DNA of 32,000 nucleotides, taken from positions 55,365 through 87,364 of the forward strand of contig JBHLRO010000017.1 in the NCBI GenBank assembly GCA_048882505.1, in the 5' to 3' direction. The stretch is from Candidatus Thorarchaeota archaeon (GTDB lineage Archaea > Asgardarchaeota > Heimdallarchaeia > Hodarchaeales > Hodarchaeaceae). This document shows, one piece after another, positions 19,259-26,942 of this stretch. A program made the position numbers and the translations under genes. The notes beneath the pieces were generated by a model, which was not told where the DNA came from, did not search any database, and saw only the letters and a list, made by a program, of their open reading frames with translations. Position 1 is the first letter of the stretch, and each line of letters begins with the position of its first letter.

Positions 19259-20020
19259 TTAGAATAGATTTGGAATAAGCTGAACTAACATATCGAGACT
19301 TGACACTGAAACTATCCCCAGGTCTCTATTCCTTGTCTCCGAGGTATGGATTTTAGCTCGTTGAACCATTATGAAATGCATTCCGACAGCTTTTGAATTG
19401 GCGGCTTCTTCTATTGAATCACCCACGAAAACCGATTGTTGAGGTATTGAATCGGTAATTTCTAATAACTTCTCAAAGTAATATGTGTTCTTTGCCCTTT
19501 TTGGAGCCCGGACTGTGTCGTATCCAACGATGGTACTGAAAAAATCCTTGATGCCGTGACGATCAATACCTCCCTTGACGTGATGTGAACTTGCTGAAGA
19601 AGCGACATGAAGACGTAAATTAAGCCTTGTACGAAGAGTTTCAAGAGTTGGAACCACATCGGAATACAGTATGGGTCCACCTTGTGCTAGCGCTTGATAC
19701 TCAACCGTGGATGTTTTCAGCAGCGGTTTAATATTCTCCCGTTGATTTTGAGGTATATGATCCAAGATATAATGCTCCCATTCCTCATCAATCTTTCTAT
19801 ATCTAGCCATGAATTTCTCGTTGTCTCCATCATCGTCAAACTTATCTGGTAAGGAAATGATTTTACCTATCCAAATGTTATATGCTTTATCATGGATTTG
19901 AAATGCCTCTTCGGGAGATATACCAACGGGATCCAAAACATTAGCTAGATAGATCCTATAGTTCTGACTTACAGCATATCGGTCCGATAAGACTTCGTGA
20001 AAATCAAAGAAAACATCCAT
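19259..20020 (-). CDS. HAD-superfamily hydrolase (atypical motif I)
   Basis: N-terminal VFFDFHEVL, motif II VASSA, motif III PK and motif IV FVGDSIEE...GMHFI. Confidence 0.75.
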   Translation of the reverse strand: MDVFFDFHEVLSDRYAVSQNYRIYLANVLDPVGISPEEAFQIHDKAYNIWIGKIISLPDKFDDDGDNEKFMARYRKIDEEWEHYILDHIPQNQRENIKPLLKTSTVEYQALAQGGPILYSDVVPTLETLRTRLNLRLHVASSASSHHVKGGIDRHGIKDFFSTIVGYDTVRAPKRAKNTYYFEKLLEITDSIPQQSVFVGDSIEEAANSKAVGMHFIMVQRAKIHTSETRNRDLGIVSVSSLDMLVQLIPNLF

Positions 20021-20159
20021 TTCGTTCCCATGGTTTTATCAGACTTTTGTCTTTTATGCTTCTTTATGGAGTAATTTGTGATTTCATTCTTGATTGCGCA
20101 TTATTTCCTGTATTAAAATATTCAGTAAGGCCGAACTAGTTGAGGAGCACATATTTTTA

Positions 20160-20675
20160 ATGAACAACCTAGGAACTCGAAAATCGGAAATATTAGAGAA
20201 ATTTAAAACAAAATCGCGATTTACAATTAATTTCATCTGCTCTGGGAATATCATTCGAAGTCCATATGCCCAGCTACTCTTTGAACATATGATTAGAGAT
20301 AATCCCAAATTGAATAAAATTCATGTTGAATCTGGTGCGGTAACTTACAATAATTCGGCTATGTACCCCGAATCTGAAAGAGCACTCCGTGAAAAAGGGA
20401 TTGATGAGGAGACGATCTCTTCTTTCAGGCCACGCTTTCATTTGGACTATCCCGAAATGTTTTCTCGAGCCGATCTCATCCTAGTCATGAGCCATAAACA
20501 TATACCACGCATTCCTGAGGAATATCGGGAAAAAACGTTTCTTCTCCGTGATTTTACGCTTGGTAAAGCTGAAAATATTCCTGATCCTTTCTTTGAACCT
20601 CCGTTTGATCGGGCATTCCATATGATTGACGAATCCCTTGATGGTCTATTGGAGCTTTTTCTAGAAGAAAAGTAA
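20160..20675 (+). CDS. Low-molecular-weight protein tyrosine phosphatase (LMW-PTP) family protein
   Basis: P-loop FICSGNIIRSPYA (Cx5R), ADLILVM and general-acid IPDPF. ATG at 20160 is preferred over 20094. Confidence 0.85.
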   Translation: MNNLGTRKSEILEKFKTKSRFTINFICSGNIIRSPYAQLLFEHMIRDNPKLNKIHVESGAVTYNNSAMYPESERALREKGIDEETISSFRPRFHLDYPEMFSRADLILVMSHKHIPRIPEEYREKTFLLRDFTLGKAENIPDPFFEPPFDRAFHMIDESLDGLLELFLEEK

Positions 20676-20726
20676 GTCCTCCAGGATTTGGATTATATTT
20701 AGCTCTTTTTATTTTAGAATATTGAG

Positions 20727-20763
20727 CTTCACCAAAGAAAACATTTGGTGGAGTTTCACCAAA
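20727..20763. repeat. Three alternating-orientation CACCAAA elements forming mutually exclusive hairpins
   Basis: CTTCACCAAA-gaaaaca-TTTGGTGGAG-ttt-CACCAAA. Confidence 0.55.
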
Positions 20764-20825
20764 GTTTGGGGGGTGCGCATCAAGAGTTTTTTTGGTTGCA
20801 TCGTGTCGTTTTTTCCGCTTTAAGG

Positions 20826-20849
20826 TGTAATCAATAATGTAATCAATAA
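20826..20849 (+). repeat. Perfect 12-bp tandem direct repeat TGTAATCAATAA x2
   Basis: Read directly from the sequence. Confidence 0.8.
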
Positions 20850-21063
20850 TCAGCTTATTGAGCTAGCTCGATAATCGAACGCATGAAGGAAGTAAAGAAT
20901 AGCTTGATTCAAAGGATTTTCCAGATGTAATAGGAGTAATGGATTTTGAGGCAATATTTATAAACGGATGGGGTATATAATTCTACCCAAGTGCTTGAAA
21001 GATGCACTAATTACCGTTGAATTTAGTTTAAATTAGTCAAATGTAACAAGGATGTAAGAAATT

Positions 21064-21558
21064 ATGGCAGGTATTAAAGAAATACTTTACGGCATGATTG
21101 GAGGATTTATTGGGGGTATTGCCATGGCAGGTGGCGTTATCGGAATGGACGCCATGCTAGGAACGGATATGGACGCACTGTTTACAGATTGGATACCCCG
21201 AGTTATAGATAACTTCCTCCCAGGGATAGTGCAAACACCACCCGATGACGCCAATCTCATCATAGGAATTGCAGCCCATCTCATTATAGCCATCATTTAC
21301 GGCGGGATCTTCGCGATTGTATTTGACCTTCTAGGCCGCGAAGATACATTTGTGAACGGACTAATATGGGGAATAATCTGGGGTATCGTAGTTCTGATCC
21401 TCGCGGCTGTTGGCTTTATGCTTTTGCCTTCAATCGTATCAGGGTTTCCCGACGTACTTACCATGCTCATGAATGACTTGATGATGCTCGGAGGCATGGC
21501 GGCTGGCCACATAATCTTTGGTGCCCTTACAGGCGTGGTTTACGTCATTCTTAAATGA
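21064..21558 (+). CDS. Small 4-TM membrane protein with two intramembrane His (DUF1440/DUF6789-like)
   Basis: Four hydrophobic Gly-rich segments; GIAAHLIIAIIYGGIF and AAGHIIFGALTG motifs. Confidence 0.6.
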   Translation: MAGIKEILYGMIGGFIGGIAMAGGVIGMDAMLGTDMDALFTDWIPRVIDNFLPGIVQTPPDDANLIIGIAAHLIIAIIYGGIFAIVFDLLGREDTFVNGLIWGIIWGIVVLILAAVGFMLLPSIVSGFPDVLTMLMNDLMMLGGMAAGHIIFGALTGVVYVILK

Positions 21559-21582
21559 AATTGACGAAGCTAATTGGATTTC

Positions 21583-21613
21583 TTTTCAAAATCCTTCTTT
21601 TTTCCTTTTTTTA
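21583..21613 (+). terminator. T-rich putative terminator after the 164-aa membrane protein gene
   Basis: Tandem T tracts (CTTTTTTCCTTTTTTTAG) between convergent genes. Confidence 0.5.
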
Positions 21614-21614
21614 G

Positions 21615-22862
21615 TTAAAATGCGTCCAAGATTTCCTTGATGATTGATACACATTCCCATATATCGGTATACGAATTATATAAAGGATGTGGGGCAATCC
21701 TAAGGACATTTGGCGGCCTGTAATCAGCCATTATCCCTCGAATTTGAAGCATTTGCTGTAATTCCATTGCCCTGGGGTGTTCTAACGCGACGTGTCCTGT
21801 CCGTCGTTCTATGTCGCGGGGGGTCCCCACATTAACTGGGGATTCTCCTCCAGATAGATTTTGATCCACTAGGTAGATCAAATAAGATGTTATTTTTGAG
21901 GATTTTTTGCGTATTGCATTGATTCCAGCTTCAAGCGTAACTTCTAGCGTACCTTTCAGCGCAGCTGAAGGTAGAATATTCCCTGACATTTGCCACCCTC
22001 CTGCGCCACGGGCATGGTGGAAATCTATGTTAAGATCAAATTGACGATCTTTCTCATAACCAAACCATCCAGCTAGCCCTGGCACCTTGTTAAAATGCCG
22101 TTTATTTATGTAGATAAATGCAGTAGCCCCTGGACCAGCATTCAGATATTTGTACCCACACCAAACCGCAAAATCGACTGTCCATTCATTAAAAAAGTGT
22201 GGAACAACCCCTACAGAGTGCGAACAGTCAAATCCAATGAAAATTTCCCGCTTATGCGCTTCTTGGGCTAGAAGAGACATATCTAGCAGCTGGCCACTTC
22301 GGTACAAAGCAGAAGGTAAAAATATCAACGCAATTTCATCGGTCATCAGTTCTACGATCTGAGATTCATCCAGATATCTGCCATCCGATGGTGCAAGGAC
22401 TAAATGTTGATCAGGGGGCAATCCTGCTAGCTTAATTTGACTTTGTAGGGCGTAGAGATCAGTTGGAAAGGTTAATGGATCGGCAAGGATTTTAGTTCGT
22501 TTTCCTGAAGGGTGGTAAAACGTACTGACTACAGAGTGTACATTCATGGTTGTAGTCCCTGTAGCCACTACTTCTGCCGGTTCAGCTCCAACGAGGGGCG
22601 CCGCTAAGGCGCCAATGTCTTCCCCATAATAAAACCAGGGGTCTTCGTCTTTCCACCAACCACCAATACCCATGGATTTCCATTCGTCTATAACGCGTAA
22701 AACTGATATTTCAGCATCCTTGGAAAGAAGGCCGAGTGAATTTCCTAATAAGTAGATAGGATACTCTTTTGGCACGTAAAAGCGATCTCGAAACATCTTC
22801 AGAGGATCATTCATATCTAGGGTTTTTGCAAATTCGTGTGTGATGTTAAACTCGTATGCCAT
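21615..22862 (-). CDS. kynU: Kynureninase (PLP-dependent)
   Basis: LKMFRDRFYVP, YLLGNSLGL, FPTDLYA, FDCSHSVG, WCGYKYLNAGPG (PLP Lys), GWFG, and DYRPPNVLRIAPHPLYN. Confidence 0.93.
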   Translation of the reverse strand: MAYEFNITHEFAKTLDMNDPLKMFRDRFYVPKEYPIYLLGNSLGLLSKDAEISVLRVIDEWKSMGIGGWWKDEDPWFYYGEDIGALAAPLVGAEPAEVVATGTTTMNVHSVVSTFYHPSGKRTKILADPLTFPTDLYALQSQIKLAGLPPDQHLVLAPSDGRYLDESQIVELMTDEIALIFLPSALYRSGQLLDMSLLAQEAHKREIFIGFDCSHSVGVVPHFFNEWTVDFAVWCGYKYLNAGPGATAFIYINKRHFNKVPGLAGWFGYEKDRQFDLNIDFHHARGAGGWQMSGNILPSAALKGTLEVTLEAGINAIRKKSSKITSYLIYLVDQNLSGGESPVNVGTPRDIERRTGHVALEHPRAMELQQMLQIRGIMADYRPPNVLRIAPHPLYNSYTDIWECVSIIKEILDAF

Positions 22863-22886
22863 AAGATTAAACCCACGAAATCGAGT

Positions 22887-22898
22887 GTTTATATAAAC
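22887..22898. promoter_or_regulatory. Palindromic TATA box GTTTATATAAAC, about 28-35 bp upstream of the kynU start (likely leaderless transcript)
   Basis: Perfect palindrome containing TTTATATA at canonical archaeal spacing from the ATG at 22862. Confidence 0.55.
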
Positions 22899-23150
22899 GC
22901 GTATTTTAAAACAGGACTTTAAAGAGGTTTTTCTGTTTAAGAGGTTTTATGATGTACATCAGCATAATATCTGATCGATTAAGGAGAATAATTCAATTTG
23001 GAAGGAATAAAGTCGTTACAGCGGAACCTCAGATCTATAAACCGTGAAAAACAAAAGGATACTTTACTCTGTCCCTAGATTCAAAGTATGATTCAATATC
23101 TTTTTAAATTCCCTGACTGTTAGAGATTTATATTCGACATTAAGACCAGT

Positions 23151-23157
23151 AGGTGAT
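23151..23157 (+). promoter_or_regulatory. Archaeal-type Shine-Dalgarno AGGTGAT for the 7-TM gene
   Basis: AGGTGATatcATG immediately before 23161. Confidence 0.6.
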
Positions 23158-23160
23158 ATC

Positions 23161-23961
23161 ATGGCGGTAACTCAGTTTGACACCCCTCAGGAACTATTAG
23201 GAGTAATTTTTGTTGTTATAGCTGTAATTCTCTTTTTGCTGTTAGGAATTTCCCTCTTCCTGAGCTATAGAAGATCAAGACGTCAGTCTACCCTGTATAT
23301 TAGTTTGATATTGTTATTTGGAGCAGGAGCACTTGTCTCCCTTGTATTGGAACAGATAATTTTGATTGTATCGGATGTTACTCAGGCCGACGCACCAACT
23401 CTAAAAGCTTTTTGGCAATATAGTTTAGATGAAATTTCTACTTTTTGGATAGCGTATGCATTCGCCATATTGGCCTGGATTACCTCTGCCTCGGCGGTTC
23501 TATCTGGAGTCTTTTTTACGCAGAGCTTTTTCCCAGAAGATAGCTTTTTTGCCAAAAAATGGCTTTTGATTATTCCTACCATAATGCTGATTTTATACGT
23601 TCTAACTCTCGCCTATGCACCATTCGAGTGGATTGAAGTCGCTGGTGACTGGCAACCTACTCATGAGGCTACATTTGTACTTATTGCCTACATCCTGTTA
23701 TTTCCGAACTTATGGATGATTGTACTCCTTTTTCTATATCTAACGTTTAGTTTATTTAGACGTGGAACTCCCCGTTGGAAACAGACACTGGTTCTTGCAC
23801 TAGGTCAGTTTTTCTTATCTCTTGGCTATACGGTGGAAATTGTCAATGTCCCGGATCCAACAATTTCCTTGATCGCACGAGCAGTTATCGCGATGTATCC
23901 AATAGTAATGTATTTTGGCTTTACGCCCCCAAACTGGTTTAAGAGGTTTATTGGGGTTTGA
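23161..23961 (+). CDS. Seven-transmembrane protein with C-terminal amphipathic helix (function unknown, receptor-like)
   Basis: Seven hydrophobic segments counted by eye, a basic loop after TM1 (RRSRR), and a TPPNWFKRFIG tail. Confidence 0.65.
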   Translation: MAVTQFDTPQELLGVIFVVIAVILFLLLGISLFLSYRRSRRQSTLYISLILLFGAGALVSLVLEQIILIVSDVTQADAPTLKAFWQYSLDEISTFWIAYAFAILAWITSASAVLSGVFFTQSFFPEDSFFAKKWLLIIPTIMLILYVLTLAYAPFEWIEVAGDWQPTHEATFVLIAYILLFPNLWMIVLLFLYLTFSLFRRGTPRWKQTLVLALGQFFLSLGYTVEIVNVPDPTISLIARAVIAMYPIVMYFGFTPPNWFKRFIGV

Positions 23962-24009
23962 ACCAAATTCTGACCCCATTCATTTTATTGATAACAGGAG
24001 GAATCACCA

Positions 24010-24936
24010 ATATTCCGCAAGAAAAAACCCACTGAAGTCGAACTACTGCGAAACGAATTGAATCAACGTATTCGGGCCCTCCAGGAATCCATTGAGGATG
24101 TAGCATCACGGACTACCGAGTTTAATCAGAAATTGGAAAATCGAAGTGTGGAAATCCGATCCCATTCTTCGAAGGAATTCAAACAAGCCCTTGATGATGC
24201 TCAACTAAATCTAGAGAAGTTTAGTCTCGAACTCAATAATCAAATACTCGAACTGTCTGATCGGGTCGAAACTATTTCACGAAACAGTGCCAATTGGTCT
24301 TTTGCTGTCAATGAACAGATTGAAGAGTTCCGTAAACAGTATGTTGACGTGTTGGAAGATCTGCGCCAGGCAAAACACATAGCTGTGGAGAAGGAAAAGA
24401 TCTTGACCGACAAATATGAGGCCCTCGTACAGCAGTTAAAAGAAAAAGAATCGATTTCGCTAGAAAAGGAAACGTTCTCTCAAAAACAAATTGAAAACCT
24501 TCAAGGAGAAATTGATCGACGTAAGCTCGAATTGGAAAGAGTGAGAGCAAGACTTGCGGAATTACAGCCGCTTTTACAAGAAAAAACAGAGCTAGAAGAG
24601 AAAGCTGCCGCTCTTGAGTCTGAGGTGGGTCGTTTACGAGAAGAAAACGAAATCCAGAAGTACGAGCTTGATCGTACCAAAACCCAGATCAAGACCTTGA
24701 ACGAAGAAACGAACCGTGATTATGCAAGCAGCAAGGTTTTAAAAAGATTTTTGGGTGAATCGGAATCTGGTCGTGTTCTGAATCAGCTTCTTAATATGGA
24801 AGAGACTTCAATAGATGATATAGCAGCCATGACGGGGATTTCCACCTATAACGTGCAACAGGTGGTTCATCGGTTCAGAGACATGGGTATCGCCCACTAT
24901 GATGACGGAACACGACGAGTTCGATTGATAGACTGA
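24010..24936 (+). CDS. Long coiled-coil protein with C-terminal winged helix-turn-helix; probable non-canonical ATA start at 24010 (track start TTG 24058)
   Basis: Heptad E/K/Q/L-rich region followed by GRVLNQLLNMEETSIDDIAAMTGISTYNVQQVVHRFRDMGI. AGGAGG lies 8 nt before an in-frame ATA. Confidence 0.7.
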   Translation: MFRKKKPTEVELLRNELNQRIRALQESIEDVASRTTEFNQKLENRSVEIRSHSSKEFKQALDDAQLNLEKFSLELNNQILELSDRVETISRNSANWSFAVNEQIEEFRKQYVDVLEDLRQAKHIAVEKEKILTDKYEALVQQLKEKESISLEKETFSQKQIENLQGEIDRRKLELERVRARLAELQPLLQEKTELEEKAAALESEVGRLREENEIQKYELDRTKTQIKTLNEETNRDYASSKVLKRFLGESESGRVLNQLLNMEETSIDDIAAMTGISTYNVQQVVHRFRDMGIAHYDDGTRRVRLID

Positions 24937-25067
24937 ATCCCTACCTCTTGAAAACTCTGCGGCCCTTTTCAGTGAAGAAGTAACCTGGTTTCTCTATTCT
25001 ACCAACTCAATATCAATAAGATCGTTTGAACATTGAATCAGCGGGTCTTTGATTACTGGAACTTTGG

Positions 25068-26333
25068 TCAATTACTCCCATAATTCTTCTTCATTTCAGC
25101 TCGAGAAATAACGATCCGTTGTACCTCATTAGTTCCCTCGTAAATAGGCGTTATCCTGGCATCCCGATAATATCGTTCGACGTCATAGTCGCGGATGTAC
25201 CCATAGCCACCATGGAGCTGGATTGCCTCGTAGGTAACTTGTTGAGCGATTTCAGAGCCGTAAAGTTTGGCGATACTGGCATATTCACTGAAATCCATTT
25301 TATGATCTTTCATTCGGGCTGCGGACAGATAGGCTACCCTAGCCGTATGGATCTTCGCGAACATATCCGCAAGCTTAAACTGCGTGATCTGAAAGCTTTC
25401 TAAGGGGCGTCCGAACTGCTTACGCGTTTTAACATAGTTCGCAGATTTGCGGTAGGCCGCGTCTGCAATCCCCACTCCTTGGGCTCCTATTCCAATACGA
25501 GCTGCTGATAATTCATACAGGACGATACTAAATCCCCTATTAATCTCTCCCAATAAGTTTGCTTTTGGTATCACGGCATCTTCCAACAGAATTTCTCCAG
25601 TCGCATTACTGTGTAAACCAAGTTTTTCTTCGATTCGGGTGATTCTTGCCCCTTTATTATCATCGGTATCGAGAATGAATGCCGTAAGGCCTTTGCTTCC
25701 CTTTTCAGGGTCGGTCGATGCCAAAAAGATAAAGGTGTTGGCGATTCCACTGTTGGATATGAAGTTTTTTGAACCGTTCACTAGGTAATGATCCCCGTTA
25801 TCCTCTACTCGCGTCTTTAAAGAACCCAGATCGCTTCCTGCTCCAGGTTCGGTAAATAAAAGCCCTCCAATTTTTTCCCCAGAAGCTAACTTTGGAAGGT
25901 AATATTGTTTGGCTTCTTCTGTACCGAACGTTTCTAATACATCACTCGCAGAGTTTTGTAATCCGAACAAAAGAGATGTTCCTGCATCTGCTCGCGAGAT
26001 TCTCTCGTAACACGCATTATTTAACGTAAAGGAACGGCCAAAACCATTATATTCCTCTGGGATTGCCAATCCAAGGAGGTCATTTTTCTTTAATTGCTCC
26101 AGTATTTTGTACGTTTGATCTGGCCATACCACTCTTCCAGAATTTCCATCATACTTACAGCCAGTTTTATCCATATCCTGGGCATATGGTTCTATATCTT
26201 TGATGCAAATCTCGTCTAGGAGATTCAATATCATGGTGTTCTCTTCCATCTCTTGTTTACTAAAGCTCAGGGTACTGATAACGTTCAATAGATCCTTCAT
26301 ACCTAGTCCAACCACGACTCGTCTTGTGGACAC
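25068..26333 (-). CDS. Acyl-CoA dehydrogenase (short/branched-chain-like)
   Basis: GLAIPEEYNG, LFTEPGAGSDL, NGSKNFISN, KLGLHSNAT, ARIGIGAQGVG, RKQFGRPL, QLHGGYGY, and IYEGTNEVQR. ATG at 26300 is an alternative start. Confidence 0.93.
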   Translation of the reverse strand: MSTRRVVVGLGMKDLLNVISTLSFSKQEMEENTMILNLLDEICIKDIEPYAQDMDKTGCKYDGNSGRVVWPDQTYKILEQLKKNDLLGLAIPEEYNGFGRSFTLNNACYERISRADAGTSLLFGLQNSASDVLETFGTEEAKQYYLPKLASGEKIGGLLFTEPGAGSDLGSLKTRVEDNGDHYLVNGSKNFISNSGIANTFIFLASTDPEKGSKGLTAFILDTDDNKGARITRIEEKLGLHSNATGEILLEDAVIPKANLLGEINRGFSIVLYELSAARIGIGAQGVGIADAAYRKSANYVKTRKQFGRPLESFQITQFKLADMFAKIHTARVAYLSAARMKDHKMDFSEYASIAKLYGSEIAQQVTYEAIQLHGGYGYIRDYDVERYYRDARITPIYEGTNEVQRIVISRAEMKKNYGSN

Positions 26334-26581
26334 AATTTTTACCCTTGGAAAAATAAATTGCGCATGAAATCGGAATTATGACGTATTCGGAAAGTAGCTT
26401 CCTCGAATGTTGGACCAATTTTGGGTGAAACCTTCCGCTTCAATCACGGCTTAACTCTTGTATTCTTCGCGAACCAAGCTTTTAAGGAAGGATCTCAATT
26501 CTTGCTTGAACCATCCAAGGTGAAGAATTGCATATGATTTTAATTCAAACCTATCAAGAATTATTTTACGCCCTGAAAGTC

Positions 26582-26792
26582 CTTCAGCTCTTGAAAGAAA
26601 AAGAAGATCCTACTTTCCAAAAACTTGTACTTCAAATCGAGAATCAGGTCGAGAAGTTGGGATGATCTCCTTCTTCGTAAAACCTCCATCTATGAGCGTA
26701 TTGAGCAAGCTCGTGTTACCGATTGGCTAACTGAAGCGAAAAAAATTCAGGGCGCCTGGGTCAGGCCCTCAGCGGAACTATTGAACGAGTGA
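26582..26792 (+). pseudogene. Remnant of a TPR-protein paralog C-terminus (upstream copy, with a +1 frameshift)
   Basis: From 26658: WDDLLLRKTSIYERIEQARVTDWLTEAKKIQGAWVRPSAELLNE*, nearly matching the end of 26943..28958. The upstream part (LQIENQVEK) is in another frame, and the N-terminal TPR region is absent. Confidence 0.75.
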
Positions 26793-26942
26793 CAATCTCT
26801 TTTGACGACTATCTGGCCCTTTTTTACAATTTAGAGAGCCTCGGTCTATTAAGCAAGGATCTACTCTAGAAACAATAGTCCCAACTAATGCTATGAATTT
26901 GGTGGAAAAATATTAAAAAACTCGGGTAACTTATTTTGATTT

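Noticed and set aside
20160-20675. Arsenate reductase ArsC (and an ars operon with the ArsR-like gene)
   Set aside because: The protein lacks the additional redox cysteines, no arsenite transporter is nearby, and the wHTH gene has no Cys metal motif and lies 5.7 kb away.
15173-22362. Short alternative ORFs inside the S-layer-like, CPBP, HAD, 4-TM and kynU genes
   Set aside because: They overlap strongly supported genes and show no independent coding signal.
23161-23961. Microbial rhodopsin or heliorhodopsin
   Set aside because: No Lys in the seventh TM segment and no recognisable rhodopsin motifs.
26450-26740. Minus-strand open stretch upstream of the acyl-CoA dehydrogenase (possible TAG readthrough)
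   Set aside because: No start codon in frame, bounded by stops, and largely antisense to the TPR remnant.
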